Shown: in pieces, positions 25,817-36,806 of the stretch
Numbering within the stretch: position 1 is the stretch's first letter
How the letters are laid out: every line of letters starts with the position of its first letter
From: Chlamydiales bacterium
GTDB lineage: Bacteria > Chlamydiota > Chlamydiia > Chlamydiales > JAAZZY01
DNA: 64,000 nucleotides
Direction of reading: 5' to 3'
NCBI GenBank assembly: GCA_965206695.1
Contig: CBDBKM010000010.1
Span: forward strand, 384,001 to 448,000
Position numbers and translations under genes: made by a program
Notes under the pieces: model-generated
Databases searched by the model: none
What the model was told of the DNA's origin: nothing
The model's input: the letters and a program-made list of their open reading frames with translations, nothing else

Positions 25817-27456
25817 TAGATAAAGAAGATGGAGTAATAGCTGCTTTATCTGGTTCAAATATTTTGAAGATCTGTCATGAGCTTCAAAAGCGATATCCTG
25901 ACAAAATGATGATCATTTGTGGGGATACCGGAAGTGAAGAAAAATTTCAATATACTAATTTTATAGCCATTTTTCCTAAGAATAGAAATTTGGTTGTAAG
26001 CAATTATGATTTCAATGACTTGCATAAAGATAAAGGAATCTTAACAATAAAATATCAGCTAAAAAAGGGTATTATTAGTGAAGAGAAAGGTTTAACAAAA
26101 AATGATCCTCTCACAATGAAAGAAGCTGAATATGTTGTTCATGAATTAAACATTAAGCATGCTGTTGTTCATATTGAGCAATTCCATATCATGACAGAAA
26201 AATGGGTTCCTCATCAGCAACAGTGGGATATTATATTGGAATCAAAAAGTTCATTAAGGGATTGTTATCAAAATCAAAAAATCTGGATAAAAGAAGGGAA
26301 TGCTAACTGTAAACAGATATCTAAAGCAGATATTTGGTTAAGTTCTCCTCTGAGAAGAGGGTATAATGGCCTATTTTTTCATCCTAAGAAACCATTAGTG
26401 GATAAAGGGTACTATAATCTGTATCGAGGTTTAAAAATTTCACCTAAAAAGGGTGATACTTCGATATATTGGGATTTTGTGCTTGAAGTAATATGCTCTG
26501 GTAAAAAGGATGTTTATTCCTTTTTAAGGAAGTGGTTAGCTAATCTTATTCAAAATCCCGATAAAATAGGGACAGCACTCATCTTTCGAGGAAGACAAGG
26601 TGTAGGTAAAGATACTTTTATCAAGCCACTTCAGTATATTTTTGGTAAGTACTATATTCTATTAAGTGATTTAAATCAGATTTTGGGTAGGTTTAACGGA
26701 CACTTAAAGAATGTATTGCTTGTTTATGCTAATGAAGCGCTATGGGGAGGAACAAAAAGCCAAAAGGGGCGATTAAAATCTCTGATAACGGAAGATACAA
26801 TCTTCATTGAATCCAAAGGTATTGACGGATTTACTGTAAATAATTTTAAACATTTGATTATTTCTAGTAATGAAAATTGGGCTGTTCCTTTGGATCATGA
26901 TGATAGGCGTTTTTATGCAATAGATGTCCCAAGTATGCGTAAAGGTGATCGTCCATATTTTAATAAACTATATCATTTTTTTGAAAATGGAGGGGCTCAG
27001 TATATCTTATATGATTTACTAGAGGAAGATCTCTCAGGATTTGATCCTAAAGAAATGCCTAAGCATTATTATGGATTTGATATGAAGCTGGAATCAGCTA
27101 TTACCTCACATCAATATATTTATTTTGCTTTGTGTGCAGGATCTTTTGATATAGGGAATGTCATTCCAACTCAGTCTTGGCCCGATCAGAAAGTTCTTAG
27201 CTCTTTCTCAATATATACAGATTATCTTACATGGTGTGAGACAAGTAAAAAACGTTCTGAGTCCAAGCATATATTTTTTAAAGAGATGAAATATTTAATA
27301 GGGGGTAATAAACAGCGGTTATACCAAGATGAGAGGAGAATCTATAGTTATACCTTTGAATCTTTGGATAAATGTAGAAAGCAATTTGAAAGTAAATTCA
27401 AGGTATTAGAAAATATTTGGCTTGATTTGGAGGAAGATGCTAATGAAGAAATATAA
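25817..27456 (+). pseudogene. Phage/plasmid-type primase-helicase (partial TOPRIM plus SF3/DUF5906-like helicase), 5'-truncated
   Basis: IICGD and DFNDLH TOPRIM tail; Walker A GRQGVGKD; FNGHL, YANE, IISSN, DDRRF. The ORF-track ATG at 25810 lies inside the IS end. Confidence 0.8.
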
Positions 27457-27630
27457 AAAACGTGCGTAACTTCTTTGTGATTACGTTAGTGACCTAGCAG
27501 TCTCACTTGTCTTAGTTAATTTTATATTGGAACAATAATCGACTTTCAGTTTTTTGTTTCTGTGAAATAAAAAATCCATAAGTCAGCTAGGGCAAGTGAG
27601 CCTTTGACACATTTTTAAAAGGAGGAATGC

Positions 27631-29257
27631 ATGTATCAAAAAGATAGAATCCATCAACCACCATCTTTTGGAAAAGACTTGGTTTCTTGTAAAGAAGAAC
27701 CGTATAATGAAATTTGTGCTACCGAAGAGAGTGCTACTGCCAATAATATTATTAATGCAGCTATAAAAGCTCTTCCTGACGATTTAAGTCATGAGGAGCG
27801 ACATAACATTGTATTGGCAGGTTTACAAGATGGAAAAGTAAAAGATCCCGTGGAAGCAAGGCTATGTGCAAAGGAGATTATTTTATATAACCAGGCGATG
27901 AGTTATATTAGACGATCTGAAAAATATGAAAGTTCCAATGATTCTGGAATAGAGTCTTGGCATTCTCTTAAAGGAGGTCATGTTGGCTCTGTTTATCTGA
28001 AATTTGCACTAAAATTATTACGTCTACACGGCGAGGTTGTTAATGATATAGAAAAATACCGAAGAAGAGGACAACAACAATTGATATACCCCTTATGAAT
28101 CAAAGTGCCGATTCTAAGACTTGAAAATGATCATTGATTCGTGTCCTCATTGATTGAGCAATAGAGGGCCAAGTATTTTCAAAAAATCCGGTAATCGATC
28201 TCCGAAATTCTTTAGCAGAATTAAAAAACCGATTATTGCGACAATATTCATTCATCACTTTCCATAATCGTTCAATGGGATTGAGGTTAGGACTGTAAGA
28301 AGGTAAATAATAGAGAATAATACCTTGTTTTTCTGCTTCTTGTTTGGTCTGAATACTTGTATTATAAGGGCCTTGATCTAAAATAAGATGGATATTTGGA
28401 GCTGAGGGGTATTTTGACCGTAGCAAAGCAAAATGCTTTGCCGTGGTACCGCTATTTAATGTTTCATAAGCATCTATTGTTACCTTCATACTGTTTAAAT
28501 TGATAGACCCCATAAGATTCATTCGAGTACGAGAAGCTGTTGTTGCAATCAATTTATCTGTTCCCGGTCGAATCCAACCATAAGAAATTTTAGTTGCCAT
28601 AGTTGGATGTACACCATCAGCAAATTCAACAGGCTCATTTTTAGGCAGAGATGCCATAAGCTTGGCGTAAAATTGCATCCAAGCTTTTTGTTGATCAGAA
28701 TTTGCCTTAGCCGGTGTACCTTTAGGCTTTTTATAGGAAAAACCATGTGAGTGTAGCCAAGAAGTCATCCCTGAAATCGTATAAACAATGCCATATTTCG
28801 CGAGAACATAAGAACAGATATCTTCTACTTTGACATAGGTATGAGTTGTTAAATGTTTAATGAATTCTTCTGACTGTGGCGCAAGAAGTTTACTGACTGA
28901 ACCACCGCTTTCTACATGCAATTGCTGTTTATTTTGATATTCTTTAATGTGACGAGACACTGTTTCATCGTCTAAAAGCACAGCTTCAGCAATACGAGTA
29001 TTACTCCAACCTTTATTCGACAATAGAACAGCCTTGATACGATCTCGTATACGACCATTCTTTTCTCGTTTATGTTGCTGTCTGAGATGCTTTTCTTCTG
29101 ATAGTGTTAAAAATGAATTCATACAAAATAATTTACACTATACGAATACAAAATATCCGGAGGTTTATTCGTGATGAGTATAGTACAGCATGTTAATGTC
29201 TCGGATCATGCCAAGGCTGTTATTGTTGGTTCGGAGTCAAGCAAAAAACAGGAGTAA
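27631..29257 (+). pseudogene. Mobile-element hypothetical protein split by IS630
   Basis: AGGAGG RBS; removing the IS and one TA restores KYRRRGQQQLIVQHVNVSDHAKAVIVGSESSKKQE*. Confidence 0.75.
28087..29180 (-). mobile_element. IS630 type A, second copy (CDS 28100-29122)
   Basis: 1094 bp, TA duplication, two amino-acid differences from the copy at 7508. Confidence 0.93.
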
Positions 29258-29261
29258 CCTC

Positions 29262-29465
29262 ATGCGTTGTCAAGCAAAGAGTAAGAGATCTCAACAACAG
29301 TGTAAATCTTGGGCTGTTAAGGGTAAAAAGGTTTGTAGGATGCATGGAGCTTTTGGAGGTAGAAAAATTATAACAGGGGAGTATACGAGAATTAAACAAG
29401 CTCAGCGTAAAGAAGAAAGGAGTAAATTTAAAGAGTGGGTTGATAGTGTAGAGGGGATAAATTAA
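29262..29465 (+). CDS. HGGxSTG-like small Cys/His protein
   Basis: AGGAG RBS; MRCQAKSKRSQQQCKSWAVKGKKVCRMHGAFGG. Confidence 0.7.
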   Translation: MRCQAKSKRSQQQCKSWAVKGKKVCRMHGAFGGRKIITGEYTRIKQAQRKEERSKFKEWVDSVEGIN

Positions 29466-29551
29466 TAGATTATTATTAAAGATATATTTATCTTCATCCT
29501 ACTTTAAATACTTATTTAGTGGTTTCTATAATAGAATAAAGAGCTTGAAAT

Positions 29552-31255
29552 ATGAAACAATATACTTATGCGGTTATGAAAATTATTATTTTATTAATAC
29601 TATGTCATACGGCTATCTTAGCCAAGGAACCGATAGAATCGTTTACTAATATTCTATCGCATAAAAACAATCAACTCGATGTATATCTCGAAGGTATTAG
29701 ATTTAATTCTTCAGAGAAAACAGAGCTTTCTGAATATATAAAACCTACCGGCACTTATTTAGAAATTGGTTCCGGCGGTGATCCCATTAAATATTTATTA
29801 GATCAAATTCCAAAAGGCTATTCCCCAACCATTATAGTATCCGATATTGATCAAGATATTCTCGATATTTTGCCAGAGCGCCACCCTTCCTTAAGATCCT
29901 ATCTCAACTTAGATGATAAAATAAAAAAACCAAAACTTAAATTTATGCATCTTGATGCTACAGATATGAGTGTTTTTGACAACGGGTCATTATCAGGTAT
30001 TAATGCATCTGCTATTGCTCATGAAATTTGGTCATATGCAGGATCTCAACAAGCTTTTACTAAGTTTTTGAATGAGGTTTTCAGAGTATTAGAGCCAGAT
30101 GGTGTTTTAATATACAGAGATCCGGAAGGGGTTCTTGATCCTTATAAAACAGTTAAAATGGATCTTAAAACAAAAAGCATGAGGCTTTTTGTTCACTTAT
30201 TTTTATGTAAGTTTTTAGATGAAAAATGTACGGATCTCTACGATAAAGAAGGGAATATGAAAAAGGTATTTGCTTACGATAAAGAAAAGTTGAGATTTTG
30301 TTTTTACAAAAAAAATAGTAATAAAAAATCTTATATTGGCTATTCAGAATATTTAAAGATGCCTACCTATGAAATCGATTTCAATAGGAAGCTTTCCATT
30401 CACGTTCCTCGTCAGCTATGCCGAGAAATAGAGAGACACTACTTGACCTTTTTAAAAGACTGTAACCCTCTTATGTTCGTTAAATTATTACCTGATTTGA
30501 ATAGCGATAAGCATCATGTCATTTTCTTATCTAATAATGTTGAGAAGGTTTTTCTTGAGTACGTTAAGAAATATCATATTTCATTTATCGATTCTAAAAT
30601 AAGTTCATTTGATATGAAAAAGCTACAATCTGAAATAGAAAGACGCATGATGCATATTGAGAATGGAATTCGTATTAAAATTGCATCGAATGAAAAACTT
30701 CATGAATTAAAAGATAAATTAATAAACAAAGGGTTTGATCCCGAAAAATATGTTCAGGAAATAGGGAATCACTGGATTTTATTAGATTATAGAGTCTTCG
30801 GGTTATTATATAATGAATTTATAAAATGGTTTGATAAGGATAACACTCCTTTTGGTTCGGTTTCTGAATTAGCAGCGAAATGGTTAAAGTTAGAAGGGGA
30901 AGAAAACTATTTTTATTTCTCAGTAGATGAGTTGATTACTTTCGCTGGCAGTGTAAACTTGCCAAGATCTATAAAAGATAATGATGAAGAAATTTTAATT
31001 CTATGTCCTATCAACCCTAATAAAAACAAATTTATATCTAGAAATCATTATGAATACATTCTTGAGGATTCGGTTAAGATTACGGATATATTGGGCTATG
31101 AAGTTGTTATTAAAGAAGGAAAACGAATCATTCATTTTGCTAAAATGTCTATCAAAGAAGCTATACCTATCTATAATGAAATTATCAGTAAAGGCAACTA
31201 TCAAGACTACCCCATGTTAAGTGAATTAATTGAAACCCTTTACAACTTTTTATAG
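29552..31255 (+). CDS. Class I SAM-dependent methyltransferase domain protein with signal-peptide-like N-terminus
   Basis: YLEIGSGG, IVSDID, HLDAT, LEPDGVLIYRD; long unassigned C-terminus. Confidence 0.7.
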   Translation: MKQYTYAVMKIIILLILCHTAILAKEPIESFTNILSHKNNQLDVYLEGIRFNSSEKTELSEYIKPTGTYLEIGSGGDPIKYLLDQIPKGYSPTIIVSDIDQDILDILPERHPSLRSYLNLDDKIKKPKLKFMHLDATDMSVFDNGSLSGINASAIAHEIWSYAGSQQAFTKFLNEVFRVLEPDGVLIYRDPEGVLDPYKTVKMDLKTKSMRLFVHLFLCKFLDEKCTDLYDKEGNMKKVFAYDKEKLRFCFYKKNSNKKSYIGYSEYLKMPTYEIDFNRKLSIHVPRQLCREIERHYLTFLKDCNPLMFVKLLPDLNSDKHHVIFLSNNVEKVFLEYVKKYHISFIDSKISSFDMKKLQSEIERRMMHIENGIRIKIASNEKLHELKDKLINKGFDPEKYVQEIGNHWILLDYRVFGLLYNEFIKWFDKDNTPFGSVSELAAKWLKLEGEENYFYFSVDELITFAGSVNLPRSIKDNDEEILILCPINPNKNKFISRNHYEYILEDSVKITDILGYEVVIKEGKRIIHFAKMSIKEAIPIYNEIISKGNYQDYPMLSELIETLYNFL

Positions 31256-31263
31256 GTAGATTT

Positions 31264-32431
31264 CTTAGTACAGGACATTTTTCAAGACAGCTCTATTTTA
31301 TGATGAATAATCAGCAAGTTAAGGTAATTAACACACTCCTCAAGTTTCTCTCTAACTCTTAAAAATATTGCTCGCAGCTCATCAAATCCATACCTAAAAA
31401 TACTCTTTGCCTTACGACCATGAGATTTTATTTTGATCGGAGTATTTTTTTCCTTAGCCTCTCCTACGCGATGACTCCGGCAAAATGCTATTGCAAAAAC
31501 GAAAACAAGTTTTTCTATTCCGGAAATATGTATGAGGTGTGTGTCTTCAAAGCAAAACCCCCTTTTCTTCAAACATCCAAAGAATGTCTCAATCTCCCAC
31601 CTTTTACGATAGACCTTGAAGGGGTTGTAGAAATTCCGATTGGAGATAATTGTAACAAGCTCATCTTTCTTGTAAGACCATCTTGTGCTTAGATAAATAC
31701 TTCTTCCCCACAAGACAGTTTTTGCATTTTTAAGTGTCTTGCCAAGGGGTAATCTTTTAAAAAAGATATTTATTGGCAACACTCCCTCCGGTAAACTGTT
31801 GTTACGAACACGAAAAAGAAAGGGAATTTCTTGCTCATCTAGCCACTGAATCCACTCTGATCCAACAAACTCTCTATCTCCAAGGAGAGAGTCAATGTTT
31901 CCGGCTCCAATAAGAAGGAGAATACGTTTTATCAACTCGATTCGTTCTAAAGTATTGGAATTTCCTCTTTTTTGTAGAAGACTCCACATCAAAGGAAGAG
32001 CAATTCCCTTATAGGCTACTGTAAGCATAAGAATATTAATATCTATTTTCCCAAACTTCCGGTTCGTTCGATCAAGAGCCAATTTCAGTTTTTTATTTTT
32101 TAGATCAAAAAGGGTGATTACCATAGAAGCAAGGGCAAAAGGATCAAATTTTAGAAATCTAAAGAATCTCTAAATGCGTTTGTAGCATGACTCCGGAAGA
32201 GACTGCGTGATAAAAGAGGTTGCAAGATGTGCGAAATTCACAGTCTTAACAGTGATCATTGCTATCACAAGCTGAGCAAGGCAATCAGCACGAGCCTTGT
32301 GAAAATTGAAGTATCGGTTTAAGATCCCGGATAACTCATTGATATGCATGTTAAAATCTCCTTTTTTTTCAAAAAAGATTACTGCATATCAGCGAGTTAC
32401 TTCAATCTCATTTTTTTTGTCCTGTACTAAG
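31264..32431 (-). mobile_element. IS4-family element; transposase 31282-32349 broken by TAG at 32170
   Basis: Perfect IR CTTAGTACAGGACA / TGTCCTGTACTAAG; LGDREF, YRKRWEIETFFGCLK. Confidence 0.9.
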
Positions 32432-32614
32432 TTCAAAAGCTTCAAAAGTACCTAATTTTTTTCAATAATAAATTAGATTACATATTTTAATTTAACCTTT
32501 AAAATTACAATCAAATAACCTTAAAAGATGTTTACTGTTTATCATCTTTTAAGTTTAAGTAATACATTAATTATGTTATAATTTATTTAAATAAATAACC
32601 TTATATTATAATTT

Positions 32615-33922
32615 ATGTTAAATGTATCCAGTAACTGTTATATAGAATTTAATCTAATAAATAATTATATATCTGATAATAAAGAGTATATTAAATCCGA
32701 AATACAGAGGTATACTGATTATTTTATCAAGTATAAGAATGATCAAGGTATAGAATGTCATTTTAGTGCATATATAAAAGATACAACACCCGGCAGTTCA
32801 CTAAGATACGGAGATTTAACAGAAAATTGGTTACAATTAAAGCCCTCTCAAAAAGAATCTATCTTAAATCAGGTTCAATCTTTAGCGTCTCATACGTTAT
32901 CTAATTATAATAGAGCTTCTTGCTCGTCTTTTAGCGGGCAAAACTCCTCAGCATCAAGACAACATAAACCTGTATTGGATAATAGCATCATCATTAAGCA
33001 GTATCGTAGCGGAACTAAAAATCTCCAAGATGTTTTGAAGTGTACCGTATCTTTAATTACAAAACCTACCGCCAATTATCAAGATGCTATTAGATTACTC
33101 AACAATTTAACTGATGCCGGTATTACACCTAATGTGATTACCTATAATGCTGTCATCTCTGCTTGTGAAAAAGGTGGTAAAGCAGAGGAGGCTTTGGAGA
33201 TCTTTAAGGCAATTCCTGTTGGTATTACACTTGATGTGATTACCTATACTGCTGTCATCTCTGCTTGTGGAAAAGGTGGTAAAGCAGAGAAGGCTTTGGA
33301 GATCTTTAATAAGATGCTTGATGCCGGTATTACACCTAATGTGATTACCTATAATGCTGTCATCTCTGCTTGTGGAAAAGGTGGTAAAGCAGAGAAGGCT
33401 TTGGAGATCTTTAAGGCAATTCCTGTTGGTATTCCACTTAATGTAATTATCTATAATGCTGTCATCTCTGCTTGTGAAAAAGGTGGTAAAGCAGAGGAGG
33501 CTTTGGAGATCTTTAATAAGATGCCTGATGCCGGTATTACACCTAATGTGATTACCTATAATGCTGTCATCTCTGCTTGTGAAAAAGGTGGTAAAGCAGA
33601 GAAGGCTTTGGAGATCTTTAATAAGATGTATAGTAAAGGTTTGATACGGAAGTTAAGCCGTAATACATTAAACTTACATTACAAATCGTTTTATACTTAT
33701 CCAATAAAAGGCGGAGATGGCATGTCAGGAATCCATCCTTCTGTTGCCAAAGTAGCAATACAATTTTTTATGGATCGGAATAAAAGATCAAATATAACTG
33801 TTATCACGGGTTTTAATAGCGGTAGCGCATTAAAAGATAGTATTCTGGAATCTTTTAAAGATAGAGTAAAGGAACTCCCTAACAATCCTGGTCGATTGAT
33901 CATTTCCGGAGAGCTAGTATGA
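32615..33922 (+). CDS. Pentatricopeptide-repeat protein with C-terminal SMR-like domain (PPR-SMR)
   Basis: Five canonical PPR motifs plus one degenerate motif; C-terminal LNLH...ITVITGFNSG..ALKDSI...NNPGRLII. Confidence 0.85.
   Translation: MLNVSSNCYIEFNLINNYISDNKEYIKSEIQRYTDYFIKYKNDQGIECHFSAYIKDTTPGSSLRYGDLTENWLQLKPSQKESILNQVQSLASHTLSNYNRASCSSFSGQNSSASRQHKPVLDNSIIIKQYRSGTKNLQDVLKCTVSLITKPTANYQDAIRLLNNLTDAGITPNVITYNAVISACEKGGKAEEALEIFKAIPVGITLDVITYTAVISACGKGGKAEKALEIFNKMLDAGITPNVITYNAVISACGKGGKAEKALEIFKAIPVGIPLNVIIYNAVISACEKGGKAEEALEIFNKMPDAGITPNVITYNAVISACEKGGKAEKALEIFNKMYSKGLIRKLSRNTLNLHYKSFYTYPIKGGDGMSGIHPSVAKVAIQFFMDRNKRSNITVITGFNSGSALKDSILESFKDRVKELPNNPGRLIISGELV
33134..33652 (+). repeat. 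Tandem PPR-encoding repeats of 102 and 105 bp
   Basis: Unit starts at 33134, 33236, 33341, 33443, 33548; nearly identical DNA. Confidence 0.95.
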
Positions 33923-34370
33923 TCTAATTTCCAATAATATTATTTGTTATATTTTCTAATTTTTTCCAATCAAAAGTTCTGAATGCGTCCAACCGTCCCC
34001 AATTTTTTCTCCTAAAACGATCCGAAAAAGCAAGATGAAGGTATAAATATTAAACTTTTTGATATAAACAGAGCTTTAATTTATCTTATTTCTTTATAGG
34101 TAGTTAACTTAATAGATGCAATTTTTATGTTAATTGATGGGCGAGTTCCTGATGCTTTTAAACATCCTTTTTATGAGGAGCCTCTCCCTATTTATAACGA
34201 TTGGAAGGAACAAGGTTTAGATGGTATAGGTTTAGATATTCATCTTATGCCTCAATATATTATGGAATTATTGAAATCTAAGTGACTATTTTTCTAAAAA
34301 GCTATTATGCTTTTTTTTAAAGGAGACGTGTGATGAATCAAATTGAAATGATCAGTTTAGAAGATTTAAT

Positions 34371-34861
34371 GGTTCATCCGCATAATTTAGACTTTTTGAG
34401 CATGCAAATGGTAGAGTCTTAATTTAAAATATTCCATATCTCGAAAACCGTATGCCTGCCGTTGTGATTTTGTTATTAATCCCTTCTGCTTTACCATTAG
34501 TAATCTTGTACTTGAAATAATTCAGTACATAATAAAAATGTCTCTCTAAACACCCGGCAACAAACCAAAGCGGTTTGATCCCAAGCCTGTTGACACTGTC
34601 AATCCATTTGAATAAAAATTTGGCGGCATGTGTAGCTCTTGTGTGAAGCCAAAATAAACGTAATTGTTTTTTAAGAGCATAAGGCCTGAACAAGCCGGGT
34701 ATTTACTGCGAAGAGTTTATTCAATGTTATTATTTCATCTTCTGAGAGAGATTAGAGTAATTTTTCAAAAGTAAAAAACGTTGCCCTTTAAGAACTTTTT
34801 TATCCTTTTTATCAAGCTGAGCGTACTCTTGTTTACGGAGCCTGTCGAGAGCTTTATTCAT
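34371..34861 (-). mobile_element. ISL3-family 3' remnant
   Basis: End GGTTCATCCGCATAA; KALDRLRK, YALKKQLRLFW, TNGKAEGINNKI. Confidence 0.8.
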
Positions 34862-35767
34862 TAGACTTCTTTCGAAACTCATTGTGCCACCTCCAAATTG
34901 TAAATGCCGGCAATTAGATTAAAACGAAGAGCAAACCTTTTACGCCTATTTCCGTAACGATCAGTTATAATCTTGAATCGCTTTAAACGGGCAATGACAT
35001 GTTCATTGAGAACTCGTTCTTTGGAAAGCTGTCGATTGCGTTTCTTATCATCTTTAGTCAATGGCTTCTTTTTACTTTTTTTCTTTGGCATTTGGATCTT
35101 AGTGTGAATATCTTGTAGACCTTGATATCCGGTATCAGTCAACACATTTATTTCCGGACGGATTTGTATTTTTGACTCTTTGAATAATCTGAAATCATGT
35201 AGCTTGCCATTCGAGAATGCCGTACAGATTACTTGTTGCGTCTTCTTGTTCACAACAACCTGAGTTTTTAGCGTATATTTTTTCTTTTTTCCTGAGTAAA
35301 AATACTTCTGTTTTTTTTTGGCCTTTCAATACGCGTTTCTGTTGCATCGATTAAAATAACGTCATATTCAACATCGCTCTTTAGAAGAGCTTTGCGTCCG
35401 GGCAAAGAGAAATCAGGGTGCTTGATTAATGTATCCTCGATCCACCTTACAGTTTTATAGGCAGTACTCTCACTAACACCGTAACTTTGACTCACATGGA
35501 AATAAGTCCCGTATTCTCGGATATATTCTAGAGTCATAAGCAGCATATCCTTTATGCTTAGTTTGTTCTTCCTACCACCTTTAACTTTTTTGAGTTTGTT
35601 CGATTCTTCTAAAATCAACTGCATCCTATCAAATGTAGCTTTCTTAATGCCCGTTAGCCGACGAAATCTTTCGTCGTCTAAACTTTTAACTGTTTCAAAC
35701 TTCATGTTATCCTCACTTATTTTAACAAGAACATTATTATCAAAAAATTAGTTTCGAAAGAAGTCTA
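34862..35767 (-). mobile_element. IS5-family element (ORFs 35268-35705 and 34879-35253, frameshift at an A9 run)
   Basis: Perfect IR TAGACTTCTTTCGAAACT; FRRLTG, LIDATE, DTGYQG, RVLNEHVI. Confidence 0.9.
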
Positions 35768-36014
35768 TTGTTAAGCAAGGCAAATCAGTTAATATTTTAT
35801 GAACTGAAAAAATGATATATTAGTTGATTTTGCGTAAGGTGAGTCACTAAATATAAAAAAAGAAAATATTCTGGATGAAAAAAATATACTTATGTTAATC
35901 AAAAATTATGGGGCAAGAAATTATTCGGCTTTGAGATTTAGGTTTTGATACTATATAAAAATTCGAGTCTTTTTGAAAAAAAAATTATGTAAATTTAATA
36001 CATGAGTTTGATTA

Positions 36015-36806
36015 GTGGACTTACCGGAAAAAATTGCAGCAGATCATTTATACCATATTGTAGTTGATACAGATCGCTACATTGCATATTTTGCAACAAA
36101 ACCTGAAGAATTGGATGCTATTTTTACACTTCGTTATCAGGTTTTTAATCTGGAACTGGGAGCTCGAACATCTATTCATCACTCTTCTTCTTTCCATGAT
36201 CGAGACGAATATGACGCAGTTTTTGACCATATCATGGTTTTATATAAACCAACGAATCAAGTTGTCGGGACTTATCGAATTCAGACATCTCAAATGGCAT
36301 TAAAAAATAATGGGTTTTATTCCGAGAATGAATTTGATATCTCTTCTTTGCCTTATGAGTATCTTCATTATTCCTTAGAGGTGGGAAGAGCTTGTATCGA
36401 TAAGGAACATCGTAATAAAGGTATTCTTTTTTTACTCTGGAAGATGATAGCCAAATACCTTGTTTTTCATGAAAAAAGATATATGTTCGGCTGTAGTTCT
36501 ATTGGATTTGAAAGTAAAGAGAAGGCGGCCGCCTTTCTTCATTATTTTGCAAAAAATGGCTTTATGCACCCCACTATTAAACTAGGTGTAACAGAACAGT
36601 TTTCGTTAGATATTTCCAAGATAGCGGATGATGAATCCCTACTTCAAGATATTAAGATTCCTGAATTATTTAGAATCTATCTAAAGCATAAAGCTAACAT
36701 ATGTAGTCTTCCTGCTTACGATAAAATGTTTAATACTGTAGACTTTCTGACTTTATTAGATATCAATGATATAAGTCCAAAACAGTATGAATTTTTCATT
36801 AGCTAA
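36015..36806 (+). CDS. GNAT N-acyltransferase, OlsB-like (lyso-ornithine lipid synthase)
   Basis: LRYQVFNLE, DRDEYD, VVGTYR, GFYSENEF, LEVGRACI, FGCSS. Confidence 0.8.
   Translation: MDLPEKIAADHLYHIVVDTDRYIAYFATKPEELDAIFTLRYQVFNLELGARTSIHHSSSFHDRDEYDAVFDHIMVLYKPTNQVVGTYRIQTSQMALKNNGFYSENEFDISSLPYEYLHYSLEVGRACIDKEHRNKGILFLLWKMIAKYLVFHEKRYMFGCSSIGFESKEKAAAFLHYFAKNGFMHPTIKLGVTEQFSLDISKIADDESLLQDIKIPELFRIYLKHKANICSLPAYDKMFNTVDFLTLLDINDISPKQYEFFIS

Noticed and set aside
33134..33652. Tandem repeats as a CRISPR array
   Set aside because: The units are in-frame coding repeats with no unique spacers; no cas genes or CRISPR array seen anywhere in the window.
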